Source: a candidate division WOR-3 bacterium
GTDB taxonomy: Bacteria > Hydrothermota > Hydrothermia > B15-G9 > WFZT01
Reading direction: 5' to 3'
DNA: 64,000 nt
Assembly (NCBI GenBank): GCA_027053075.1
Contig: JALUEE010000078.1
Coordinates: forward strand, 25,189 to 89,188
Shown: one piece after another, positions 49,134 to 58,510 of the stretch
How the letters are laid out: every line of letters starts with the position of its first letter
How positions within the stretch are numbered: position 1 is the first letter of the stretch
Notes under the pieces: model-generated
Told to the model about the DNA's origin: nothing
The model's database searches: none
What the model saw: the letters and a program-made list of their open reading frames with translations, nothing else
Position numbers and translations under genes: made by a program

Positions 49134-51068
49134 CTACCTGATGAGATACACACCCAATTGAACTTTGAAGACTTCCTTATCCTGCTTCAAATCAAAGCCC
49201 ATACCTTCATCCTCGTAACGGCGATTAATAGCGAGGTAAATCCCTGAAAAAGCGGAGGGTTCGTAAGCCAGGATACCATTTAGCTGAAACTTTTTCTTAT
49301 TCAGCATCCTGTCGTCGGTGTAGTTGAGATAAGGTTTTAAGAGGACTTTGTAAGGTAGAGGGATTTCACCATAAACCTGGGCAACACGCTTGTCATCGTA
49401 ATTTGACTTGAAATAGTCGAGTTTGAAACCAAGATTAACCCCGTAAAGGCTAACCGCAAATCCACCTTCAACCTTTTTCAGATCACCGCCGAGATAGCGG
49501 CCTTTATAAAACTCAACGTACATGTTTTTCCAGGCAGAGATCTGATAGGCCAGTGCGAGCATGAGAAGGTTTACTCTGGTCTCAGGATAGTATCCTCTCA
49601 AATACCCCAAATCCTGTGTAATATAGCCAATACCGCCAAGGTAGGGGAGTTTTCCACCGGAGAAGTAAAGCATCCCGCGATTTCTTACAAGAGTGTTGTC
49701 ATAAAGGTCACGTGTTACTGAATAATTTGTGTGTACACCGAAATAGCGATTATTTTCACTGAATTTTTTGTAAACCGCAGCGACAAAGAACGACTTTACC
49801 CCATCGAAATAGAGGTTAAGCATGTTCAAAGGGGAAATGAATGCGCTGTCGATATAACTGCCCTCGAGTCTGAAAAGAAAGCCCTGAATTGGATTCCTAT
49901 TTACCGCAAAGTGTATTAGATTGGAAGATTGGTCAAGTCTCCTTGAGAACTGAGCGCTGGCCGTGAGACTGTATTTTCTCAATGCATAAAAGATATCTCC
50001 TGAGACCACGTTGTAACCTATAGAATTTGCATCAAGAAAGGTACCAAAACTGAGGTTTTTTGAAGGAGAATATCTGATTCTTGTAAAAGAGACTGTCCCG
50101 AGCGAATCGTCATCAACGTACCATATCCCGAAAGCACTCATGTCGCTCACGGAGTAAAACTTCAGTCCATAATTCGGATAGGCGAGGTTTCTTGTTCTGA
50201 TCAGACCGATTGGAAGATTAAGAATTGACTTGCCTTCCACAAAAAACGGTCTTTTCTCTGGATAGTTTACCGGGAGACGTGATATATCGACCTTTATAAT
50301 GTCTGCCTCTACCTCAGAGAAGTCTGGCTTGTAGGTAAAATCCAGCAGGTCTCCTGAGCCTTTTTTGAATCTTGTAGTGAAGCCACTGCTAAATTGATAG
50401 GTTTTATCAGCAAATGGATTCCTTTCAATCCTTGTTGATGGAACAAAGTAAAGATTATAGTCACGGGTTTTCTTGATATAATTGAAGTCAAGCTCAAAGC
50501 TCAATGTGTTCCTTGGAGAAAGTTCCTTTGTGGGATAAAGTAGCTGAATGTGCGCGTTTTTTGAGATTACCCGCATCACCTGAAGGCCCCAAGGGGATTT
50601 TGTATAGGATAAGTTTTTGAAAGGTACAAAAACGAAGGCGTCCCAGTAGTCGGATTTCCTGTGAGTTTTTACCTTGATATTTGCATCCCATTCCGTGATT
50701 CCGTTACTGGTGTAAATTTTGTCAAGGATGGTGCCAAGAGGGTTAACACCTATGTAATAGGCGTTTCGTCTATCTGAAGTCGTAGAGACGAAGAAATAAA
50801 CCGCGTCCTCTGCCTGTTTGAAAAGGGCATCGGAATCCCTTTTGCGGGAACTTGCATTTATACCCTCTTTCTGCCACATCCTGACATAGAAGACCAGCCC
50901 ATCTTTTGTGTAACCTAAATAAATCTGGCTCGAATCTGACGGCATGCTGTCCACTTTAGGGATAACTTCAATAAGTTTCAGATGGTCCTTTACAGTTAAG
51001 ATTTGCTGGGGAACCTCGAGTTTATGGAAGGTAAGATTGAACGACAGAAGAAACATTAACCAAAACAT
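49134..51068 (-). CDS. Hypothetical outer-membrane protein, DUF5916-like (N-terminal carbohydrate-binding-like domain + beta-barrel); paralog of 61039..62901
   Basis: Signal peptide; shared motif YPEKRPFF with the 61039 paralog; alternating amphipathic beta strands; C-terminal aromatic/hydrophobic end. Confidence 0.4.
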   Translation of the reverse strand: MFWLMFLLSFNLTFHKLEVPQQILTVKDHLKLIEVIPKVDSMPSDSSQIYLGYTKDGLVFYVRMWQKEGINASSRKRDSDALFKQAEDAVYFFVSTTSDRRNAYYIGVNPLGTILDKIYTSNGITEWDANIKVKTHRKSDYWDAFVFVPFKNLSYTKSPWGLQVMRVISKNAHIQLLYPTKELSPRNTLSFELDFNYIKKTRDYNLYFVPSTRIERNPFADKTYQFSSGFTTRFKKGSGDLLDFTYKPDFSEVEADIIKVDISRLPVNYPEKRPFFVEGKSILNLPIGLIRTRNLAYPNYGLKFYSVSDMSAFGIWYVDDDSLGTVSFTRIRYSPSKNLSFGTFLDANSIGYNVVSGDIFYALRKYSLTASAQFSRRLDQSSNLIHFAVNRNPIQGFLFRLEGSYIDSAFISPLNMLNLYFDGVKSFFVAAVYKKFSENNRYFGVHTNYSVTRDLYDNTLVRNRGMLYFSGGKLPYLGGIGYITQDLGYLRGYYPETRVNLLMLALAYQISAWKNMYVEFYKGRYLGGDLKKVEGGFAVSLYGVNLGFKLDYFKSNYDDKRVAQVYGEIPLPYKVLLKPYLNYTDDRMLNKKKFQLNGILAYEPSAFSGIYLAINRRYEDEGMGFDLKQDKEVFKVQLGVYLIR

Positions 51069-51298
51069 AACTCACCTCCTTTTCAAATTAAGGGCAAAAG
51101 AGAAGTAAATAAAAGGATGGATTCCCCATCCCATCTTTGTTTCTCTTTATGACCCAGGGCAATCCATCTTTGTTTTTCAATTTGTAACCCCCAAGATCAA
51201 AATAAAATATTCAAATTCCAAGCAGGGATTATTATAAATTCAAATATCGAACTTTTGCAAGAGGGAAATTTTAATGGACAATGACTCGAAGTGAAAGC

Positions 51299-52255
51299 CT
51301 ATAAATCAGCGAGGTGTTTTCTAAGTTTTTCTGCGGCTGTTTCAGGCGAAACGGTGTTAATGTAATATCCGGTTCCTACCTCAAAGCCAGCAAGCCCTAC
51401 AAGTCTCGGTAAAATCTCTATATGCCAGTGAAAGTCATGGTCTTCAATTGAGTGAATTATGAGATTGTAAGAAAATCCGTTGAGTTCCATGCGGTAAGAT
51501 TTGAGAAGCTTGAGTAGAAATTTGGCGAGGTATTTGAGGCGTTCATCACTTGCCTCTCCGAAGCTCGACTCGTGCTCCGATGGGACAATCCAGGATTCGT
51601 AGGAAAATCTTGAGCCAAAGGGAGCTATTGCCACAAATCCAGATTCGTTCATTATCAGGCGTTCTTTGGTTCTCACTTCAATATCCAGCACTCTGCATAG
51701 GGCTTTCCTCCTCTTCATGGCCTCCAATTCCCTTTTTATATGCTCGGGAATAGCCCTAAGAGCGAGTATCTGGGTGTGCGGATGCGGCAGAGATGCCCCT
51801 GCATATTTCCCCCAATTGCGAAAGATGTGCACATATCTGATACCGGGTTTGCCGATAAGCGCCCGGTATCGCTCTCTATAAACCCTTAAAATTTCAAAAA
51901 GATGCTCCTCGCTTTGATCTGCGAGGTCTTTAAAGTGGTCTGGAGTTTCGATTACGACCTCATGATATCCTGTAGCGAGCTCTCCCCTGTAAAACTTGTG
52001 CCTGAAGAACTTCTCATTGTGTTCCTTTGAAACCACTGCAGGGAATTTGTTTGGCACCACCCTGACAATCCACTTGCCGTTTCTTTCAACTCTCATAATT
52101 TCCGGCGGTGTCCTTTCTTCTCGTCCGGGGCAGAAGGGGCATGTGTCCACTGTGTGAGTATATTCATCTGGAGAAAACGCTATCGGTCTGAAACCGCGCT
52201 CAGGAGAGATTATAACTGTAGAACCTGTGACAGGGTCGTGTCTGATTTCAGGCAT
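51299..52255 (-). CDS. GalT-like HIT-family nucleotidyltransferase (second paralog)
   Basis: RHDPVTGSTVIIS, CPFCPGREERTPPEI, NKFPAV, HEVVIETPDH, GASLPHPHTQILA. Confidence 0.7.
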   Translation of the reverse strand: MPEIRHDPVTGSTVIISPERGFRPIAFSPDEYTHTVDTCPFCPGREERTPPEIMRVERNGKWIVRVVPNKFPAVVSKEHNEKFFRHKFYRGELATGYHEVVIETPDHFKDLADQSEEHLFEILRVYRERYRALIGKPGIRYVHIFRNWGKYAGASLPHPHTQILALRAIPEHIKRELEAMKRRKALCRVLDIEVRTKERLIMNESGFVAIAPFGSRFSYESWIVPSEHESSFGEASDERLKYLAKFLLKLLKSYRMELNGFSYNLIIHSIEDHDFHWHIEILPRLVGLAGFEVGTGYYINTVSPETAAEKLRKHLADL

Positions 52256-53657
52256 CCTTTAGTCCTTTCGACATCCTCAAGACAGAATTACGGAGTTGCC
52301 TGCGGCGGAATGCCACCTGACGTGCCATATTCTTTGTGAATACCCTGTACCAGGCCGGCCTTGTTACGTCTGTTGATCCGGGATGTTTTCTGTAACGATA
52401 GAGCACCTTGTGCACTCTTATAACCTGGTACTTTTCAGAGACTTTGAGTACCATGTCGTAGTCTTCACCGTAATTTCCGTAGTTCTCTTCGTCGAAAAGT
52501 CCCATTTCAAAAAGTACCTTTTTCCTCCAGGTGCGAACAGCACCCGCTCCTTCGACTCTTAGAATATTGTTTCTATCGTATTCGAGATGCCTGATGACCC
52601 CAAACTCCTTAAGAGGATTACCAGCCTCATCCATAAGCTCGTAGTATGAGATAGCAAGTCCTGCGTAAGGGTTTGATTCCAGTGCCTCCACCATGTAGCG
52701 AAGGGTATAGGGAAGATAAACATCGTCGGAATCAAGCTGCGAAATATATTTGCCACGCGCATTTCTTATCCCGGTATTGAGGGCAAGGGCAATGGTCCCG
52801 GTAGGATTTTGAAAGAGTTTTACCTTCCCGGTTTGTGTGTATTTTCTCACAATGTCCTGTGTGCCGTCAGTTGAACCATTATCAACAACAATAACCTCGT
52901 AAGAATCAAAGTCCTGGTTGAGCACACTTTCGATGGCAGTCCCAATAAACTTTGCCCGGTTTAACACGGGAATGACGACACTCACCATGAGCTCATAATT
53001 CTCGACGGGGTCATAGACCTTCTCGTAGTGTCCATCGAGGAAAGCATCGTTCCGTAGGAGAAAATCTTTAAAAACCTTCTCGTATTCCATCTCTTCTTCG
53101 GGCTTGTAAAAAAGGTATCTAAAACTCCGTGAATGTAGTTTCTTAGCAAGCTCGTCATCTTCCACCTCAAGTGTGGAGTAAAGCGGCTCCTTAACGTGTA
53201 CAAATGGAGATTTTCTGTCGATCATCTTGAGTTTAAGATCGTAGAGGTACGCGTAATTCAGTCTATCGAGTGCGTGGACCTCAATGGGTTGATTTAACAC
53301 CATCACGTGACCGAAATCGAACCTTTCGGTAAAGTCACCGTTAAAATCAAAAAGGTCCTTCTTCTCACCGGCTTCGATATAATCAGAGTAAAGCCAGCAG
53401 CCGGTGCAGGTTGAAATCTTTTCAAGAAAGTTATCGGCTGGAACGATCGCCGGTGAGGCGAAAATAAGAGAATATCCTGCATCGAGGAGACTGTTTATCA
53501 TAGCGCCGACATTCGCGCGAGGATAAGTCTCAATTCCATCGATTTCCGTATCCGAGATGGCAATTACTTTTTCTGCAAACTTAAAATTTTTTGCTCCCTT
53601 TTTGACAAACTGCTTCTCTTCTGGATTTAAAAGGTCAAAGATTACTGCGTACATCAA
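52248..53657 (-). CDS. Two-domain glycosyltransferase (degenerate N-terminal GT-A-like domain + C-terminal GT family 2 domain)
   Basis: C-terminal VSVVIPVLNRAKFIGTAIESVLNQDFDSYEVIVVDNGSTDGT...LDSDDVYLP (DxD); 8-nt overlap with the downstream GalT-like gene. Confidence 0.7.
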   Translation of the reverse strand: MMYAVIFDLLNPEEKQFVKKGAKNFKFAEKVIAISDTEIDGIETYPRANVGAMINSLLDAGYSLIFASPAIVPADNFLEKISTCTGCWLYSDYIEAGEKKDLFDFNGDFTERFDFGHVMVLNQPIEVHALDRLNYAYLYDLKLKMIDRKSPFVHVKEPLYSTLEVEDDELAKKLHSRSFRYLFYKPEEEMEYEKVFKDFLLRNDAFLDGHYEKVYDPVENYELMVSVVIPVLNRAKFIGTAIESVLNQDFDSYEVIVVDNGSTDGTQDIVRKYTQTGKVKLFQNPTGTIALALNTGIRNARGKYISQLDSDDVYLPYTLRYMVEALESNPYAGLAISYYELMDEAGNPLKEFGVIRHLEYDRNNILRVEGAGAVRTWRKKVLFEMGLFDEENYGNYGEDYDMVLKVSEKYQVIRVHKVLYRYRKHPGSTDVTRPAWYRVFTKNMARQVAFRRRQLRNSVLRMSKGLKDA

Positions 53658-54638
53658 CTATCCCCAGCGAATGATATTGGCGCCCCATGTGAATCCGGCA
53701 CCAAAGGAAACGGTTAGAACAAGGTCACCTTTCTTCAGGAGACCCTTTTGTTTCATCTCTGTGAGGGCTATGGGGATGGATGCTGCGCTTGTATTCCCGT
53801 ATTTGTCAATGTTAATGTAAACCTTCTCAGGTGGTAGCCCCAGCTTTTCCCTTGTGGCATCAATGATTCTCACGTTTGCCTGGTGAGGAACAAGCCACGT
53901 GATATCTTCCTTTTTCAATTCAGCCTGCTCGAGAACCTTTAAAGCTGCCTTTTGCATGTTTAATACAGCGTATTTGAAGACCTCACGACCTTTCATAACC
54001 GTGTAATGCAATCTTTTCTCAACAGTTTCACGTGAAGCAGGCATCCTCGAACCACCGGCAGGCAGGTAAAGCAGGTCTCCAAGATTCCCATCCCCACCAA
54101 GGTGAGATGTTATAATCCCATAGGGGGTGTCATCCATAGTGAGGACAGCGGCTCCCGCACCGTCACCGAATAGAACGTAGGTGGCACGGTCTTCCGGGTC
54201 CATGAATTTTGTCAAATTTTCAGCACCAATCACAAGTATTTTCTTGTAGTTTGGAAGATGGAGTAATCCTCTTGCCACCTCAAGTCCGTAGATAAAACCA
54301 GGACATGCAGCTTCCATGTCAAAGCAGGGTTTGCCCTTGATACCAAGATTTTTCTGCACGAGACACGCTGTTGCGGGATAAAACATATCAGGTGATGCTG
54401 TACCGACGATAATCATATCGAGTTCTTCTGGAGTAACTCCAGCATCTTTCAAAGCCATTTTTGCAGCTTCTGTCGCAAGGTCTGATGTTGCCATTTCAGG
54501 GGGCGCAATTCTACGCTCCACTATTCCTGTCCTCGTTCTTATCCATTCATCAGAGGTATCCAGGAACTTCTCAAGATCAAAATTTGTCACGACATTTTCG
54601 GGGACATAACTCCCTATACCGATAATTCTTACACCCAT
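53658..54638 (-). CDS. fabH: 3-oxoacyl-ACP synthase III
   Basis: MGVRIIGIGSYVPENVVTNFDLE...; catalytic Cys (MEAACPGF), His (VPHQANVRII), Asn (GNTSAASIP). Confidence 0.85.
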   Translation of the reverse strand: MGVRIIGIGSYVPENVVTNFDLEKFLDTSDEWIRTRTGIVERRIAPPEMATSDLATEAAKMALKDAGVTPEELDMIIVGTASPDMFYPATACLVQKNLGIKGKPCFDMEAACPGFIYGLEVARGLLHLPNYKKILVIGAENLTKFMDPEDRATYVLFGDGAGAAVLTMDDTPYGIITSHLGGDGNLGDLLYLPAGGSRMPASRETVEKRLHYTVMKGREVFKYAVLNMQKAALKVLEQAELKKEDITWLVPHQANVRIIDATREKLGLPPEKVYINIDKYGNTSAASIPIALTEMKQKGLLKKGDLVLTVSFGAGFTWGANIIRWG

Positions 54639-54782
54639 TTTCTCTCGCTCCAGGGGAAACGTTGAAAATAAATGTTAATCACTGGCAGTTAGATTAATCA
54701 AGTATTTTATGCGTGAATCCTACTTTCTTGCCGTTATCCATGCGGTATTTAAAAACTTTGAAGAAGTCAGTCATGTGTTTTT

Positions 54783-54819
54783 CCTGGGGGGCCACGCACT
54801 TCGTGCGTGGCCCCCCAGG
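54783..54819. repeat. Hairpin CCTGGGGGGCCACGCAC-TTC-GTGCGTGGCCCCCCAGG
   Basis: Perfect 17-bp arms, CACGCAC core. Confidence 0.75.
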
Positions 54820-54924
54820 AAAAACAATTCCTTTATAAGATGCATCTAATGCTTTGAATCTCCCATCGTGCTTTTACAACTCTATTTTGTCAAATTCCTC
54901 ATGCAGGTGTAAAATTTATATGAA

Positions 54925-56013
54925 ATGTTTCCTTTCACTGCCTTTGTCGATCAGGAAGATTTAAAGCTCGGCCTTCTCATTGCTGTGGTAAATCCAAAAG
55001 TCGGTGGTGTCCTTCTCACCGGTGAAAAGGGGACAGGTAAGACCACCCTCGTGCGCTCCCTCGCGGAAATATTACCCATGATCGAAGCTGTAAAAGGGTG
55101 CCCCTTCCATTGCTACCCCTACGATAAAAGACGTCAGTGCCCAGAGTGCCGAAAGAAAGAGCATATCGAGGTAGAAAAGATTCCCATGAAGATAGTGGAA
55201 CTTCCCATTGGAGCCACAGAGGATATGGTTCTTGGCACCATCAATATTGAAAAGGCTGTGAAAGAAAAGACCATAAGCTTTGAAATTGGCATTCTTGGCC
55301 GTGCAAACAGGAATATTCTCTACATCGACGAGGTGAATTTGCTTCCTGATTACCTGGTGGATGTCATCCTCGATGCTGCTGCAACGGGATGGAATACCGT
55401 TGAGCGTGAGGGAATTTCCTATTCTCACCCTGCAGAATTTATCCTCATTGGAAGTATGAATCCTGAGGAAGGAGACCTGCGACCCCAGTTGCTCGACAGA
55501 TTTGGTCTGAGTATTGAAGTTAAGCCTATAAGGGATCCAAAATTGAGAGTAGAAGTTTACAGACGACGTGAAGAGTACGACCGCGACCCCGAGGGTTTCA
55601 GGAAAAAGTGTGAAGATAAGCAGAATGAGCTTAAAATGCGAATTGCACATGCGAGGGAAATTCTGGACGAGGTTGAAATTCCAGAAAATGTAATGCTCCA
55701 GACTGCAGAGCTCATGATTTCTCTTGGTGTGAAGTCCAACCGTGCGGAAATAACAACCTTCCGTGCAGCAAAGGCAGTCGCAGCCCTTGATGGCAGAAAA
55801 ATTGTAACCTGGGATGATGTAAAGAGGGTGGTAAAATTTGCCGTTGCTCATAGGATACCTGCCGATAAAAGAAGAGAAATCGATGGTTTACTCAAGGAGA
55901 AAATCGAGGAAAAGGTGGTAGTTCCAGAGAATAAGGGGCCTCAAAAGACCACCCGTGGAATAATTGATTTCTTTGTTCAAAAGGTGAAGGGTAACAGCGA
56001 AAAAAAAAGTTAG
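54925..56013 (+). CDS. Mg-chelatase ChlI/BchI-like AAA+ ATPase
   Basis: MFPFTAFVDQEDLKLGLLIAVVNPKVGGVLLTGEKGTGKTT... nearly collinear with ChlI ([40 protein letters not shown]); sensor-2 PQLLDRFGLSIEV; Cys4 insert CPFHCYPYDKRRQCPECRK; 0-frame TAG stop at 56011-56013, 3 nt after an A9 tract (56000-56008). Confidence 0.8.
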   Translation: MFPFTAFVDQEDLKLGLLIAVVNPKVGGVLLTGEKGTGKTTLVRSLAEILPMIEAVKGCPFHCYPYDKRRQCPECRKKEHIEVEKIPMKIVELPIGATEDMVLGTINIEKAVKEKTISFEIGILGRANRNILYIDEVNLLPDYLVDVILDAAATGWNTVEREGISYSHPAEFILIGSMNPEEGDLRPQLLDRFGLSIEVKPIRDPKLRVEVYRRREEYDRDPEGFRKKCEDKQNELKMRIAHAREILDEVEIPENVMLQTAELMISLGVKSNRAEITTFRAAKAVAALDGRKIVTWDDVKRVVKFAVAHRIPADKRREIDGLLKEKIEEKVVVPENKGPQKTTRGIIDFFVQKVKGNSEKKS

Positions 56014-56198
56014 CCAGAATCACAGGGGACAATAAGGGAACCAAACCCCTTATTTCCGAGCTCGGCATCAAAGGTAAGGAGATTTTCCTCGGACAGGATG
56101 TCAAAAGGGAGTTTAAGGAAATTGATTTTGGTGAAGTTGAGGAAGGGATAAAGAGAGGGAGAGGGAGAAGGTTTTTTGATTCATTTAAGGGTAAAAAG

Positions 56199-56873
56199 GT
56201 GGGGGAGAGGGCTTATCACCGTGGTGATAGGGTGGACATTTTCTCAACTTTCTTGAGAATGCTGAAAAATGGGGGAGAGGAGATAGATGAGCTTAGGTCT
56301 GCCAGGTTTGAAGAGCCCAAAAAGCGTCTCATTCTGGTACTCTTAGATGCCAGTGATTCCATGGAAAGGGTGATAGATGCAACAAGGGAGGCCGTTGTTA
56401 AAATTCTCAAGGATAGCTATGTTTCAAGGGATGAGGTGGCAATTATCAAGTTTCAGGGGGCAGATGCAGACCTTGTGATAAAACCCACAAGAAATGCCAT
56501 ATATGCTGATGAAAAGTTGAGAAGTATTCGGGTCAAGGGTTCAACTCCGTTAGCTGCCGGGTTTAGGAAATCTATTGATTTCTTAAGGAAGGTGAAGCCC
56601 CACTACAAAAACACACTTTTTGTTCTTGTCTCAGATGGGAATCCCAATGTTTCGCGAGATGGTGACCCTGTGGAAAGTGCGGTAAAACTTGCAGGGGAAC
56701 TCAGACGTCTTGCCGATGTCCGTATCTTTATCAACCCCAATCCATCCCTTGTAGAGGTCCCAAGAAAAATAGCCGCAGCCCTCGGTGCAAAGTACGTCGA
56801 GCTAAAAAGCGAAGAAAAAACCACCGAAGCATTATCTAAAATGATCGGCTCGAAAGGTGGTCAGAGAATTTAA
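56199..56873 (+). CDS. von Willebrand factor A (vWA) domain protein, ChlD/BchD C-terminal-like; probably extends upstream (no stop from 55995)
   Basis: MIDAS motif LVLLDASDSMER; ...TPLAAGF...LFVLVSDGNPN; ORF-track start is GTG at 56199, but the frame is open for 68 codons upstream. Confidence 0.65.
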   Translation: MGERAYHRGDRVDIFSTFLRMLKNGGEEIDELRSARFEEPKKRLILVLLDASDSMERVIDATREAVVKILKDSYVSRDEVAIIKFQGADADLVIKPTRNAIYADEKLRSIRVKGSTPLAAGFRKSIDFLRKVKPHYKNTLFVLVSDGNPNVSRDGDPVESAVKLAGELRRLADVRIFINPNPSLVEVPRKIAAALGAKYVELKSEEKTTEALSKMIGSKGGQRI

Positions 56874-57090
56874 ATCCGTGGATGTTGCCTGTAATCCCAC
56901 TTAGGAGTTTTTCCCGGGTTTTTCGGAGTCGATTGAAGAAATTTCCTGCGAAAGATGGGTGTTTAAAAATTTTTTGATGTTTTCTCATGTAGTGAAATTT
57001 AGATAACTGATACTTTTATGTGTTGTTAGTCCAGTAAAGATAAATATTCGAACATTGTTTAAGTTGAGATGCTTTTGTTTATTGTGCGGT

Positions 57091-57139
57091 ATTAATGGGG
57101 GTGGTGGGGCACGCACTTCGTGCGTGCCCCACCCATTAA
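57091..57139. repeat. Hairpin ATTAATGGGGGTGGTGGGGCACGCAC-TTC-GTGCGTGCCCCACCCATTAAT (core arms interrupted by a 3-nt bulge in the 5' arm)
   Basis: Longest copy of the CACGCAC-core family. Confidence 0.75.
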
Positions 57140-57332
57140 TAAAAATTTTTGACTAATGGTTATATCTCATAAGTGACCTGGATGTTTTATAGAACTATTC
57201 AAAGGTCCCAGATTTGAGTACAAAAAGAAATGGATATGTAGATTTTTATGTGTGGATTTTTGATTGGGTTAAAATTTGTCTAATAGTTGTATTTAGTACT
57301 TCATTTTGACTCATTTCTAAGAACTATTTGAA

Positions 57333-58289
57333 ATGTTTACTATCCGTCCTTTACAATCTCCCAGAACAGGAGTGGTTAGTATGAATTTTGCTGGACTGCC
57401 CTTGGGGATCAGGGAAAAAGTTTTAAGGTGCCTCGAGATGTTTAATAAAGGATTCCCTATTCTAATCAGAGGAGAGACAGGGGTGGGGAAAAGTTTCCTC
57501 GCCCGGGAAATTCATAGAGCATCCAGATGGAAAGATGGAGAATTTGTACGAGTTGATCTTGCATCTCTTGAAAATGACCTCTTTGAATCGCAGCTGTTTG
57601 GATACGATAGGGGAACTTTCACCGGCGGATTAATCGAAGGTAAAGTAGGACTGCTCGATCTGGCGCAGGGTGGAACTGTTTTCTTTGATGAAATTGGGAA
57701 TCTGGACCTCCGATACCAGAAAAAGTTGCTTATTTTCCTGGACGAGAGGAGATACAGAAGGGTGGGAGGTAAAAATTATATCCATCTAAACGCAGGTATA
57801 ATTTTTGCGACAAACATATATATAAAGGGTGCCCTGACCGAGGGGAAATTGAGGGAAGACCTGTACCACAGGATTAAAACATGTGAGATAGAACTGCCTC
57901 CTCTTCGGGCAAGACTCTTTGTGTTAGAGGAAATCATAGAGTTATTGATAAAGATTAAGAATCTCAAACCATTGAAGTTTACCCCGGATGCAATCGAAAA
58001 GATGAAAGAGTATTCCTGGCCCGGCAATTTGAGGGAGCTATTGAATTTTCTTGTGGAATTGAACTCATTGGGGAAGCATACAATAGAGATATCAGACCTA
58101 CCAGAGAACGTAAGGAATCACAATAAAGCGGATAGCAATGGAAGGATTAGACCTGAGCTGATAATAAATGAGCTGAGTAAAACAGGAGGGAATGTAAAAG
58201 AAACGGCAAGCCGGCTGGGGGTTTCGAGGCAATACCTATATAAGATGTTCCGCGCTTACAGGATAAATCCCGCGGATTATAGACGGTAA
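57333..58289 (+). CDS. Sigma-54 activator-like AAA+ protein lacking an N-terminal sensor/receiver domain (PspF-like architecture), with GTFTGG instead of GAFTGA
   Basis: ILIRGETGVGKSFLAREIH Walker A; ESQLFGYDRGTFTGG; GTVFFDEIGNLDL Walker B; C-terminal HTH ...VKETASRLGVSRQYLYKMFRAY. Confidence 0.7.
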   Translation: MFTIRPLQSPRTGVVSMNFAGLPLGIREKVLRCLEMFNKGFPILIRGETGVGKSFLAREIHRASRWKDGEFVRVDLASLENDLFESQLFGYDRGTFTGGLIEGKVGLLDLAQGGTVFFDEIGNLDLRYQKKLLIFLDERRYRRVGGKNYIHLNAGIIFATNIYIKGALTEGKLREDLYHRIKTCEIELPPLRARLFVLEEIIELLIKIKNLKPLKFTPDAIEKMKEYSWPGNLRELLNFLVELNSLGKHTIEISDLPENVRNHNKADSNGRIRPELIINELSKTGGNVKETASRLGVSRQYLYKMFRAYRINPADYRR

Positions 58290-58510
58290 GTTTTTATTTT
58301 TATTTATGAAGAATTCTCTTCCGGACACGATGGAGCCGGAGGCTGCCAAAATTTTGCGATTAAAAGGTGTAAACAGGGTAGTTGACACAGCAAAACCCGC
58401 ATGAAGACTGAGAAAATTCCACAAATAGCATAAAAATACTGGAGAAATATAAAACATGATGATAGTATCTCTAACTTTGTAGACTCTTTGTAACAATATA
58501 TAATTCCCAA

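Noticed and set aside
55072-55851. 259-aa ORF antisense to the ChlI-like gene
   Set aside because: The sense strand has near-collinear ChlI/BchI similarity. The antisense ORF is Cys/His-rich low-complexity with no motif. It is an artefact of the codon bias of the real gene.
58355-58372. Candidate sigma-54 promoter CTGCCAAAATTTTGCG upstream of the ABC transporter
   Set aside because: The GG of the -24 element is disrupted (TGCC) and the spacing to TTGC is one nucleotide off. Not convincing.
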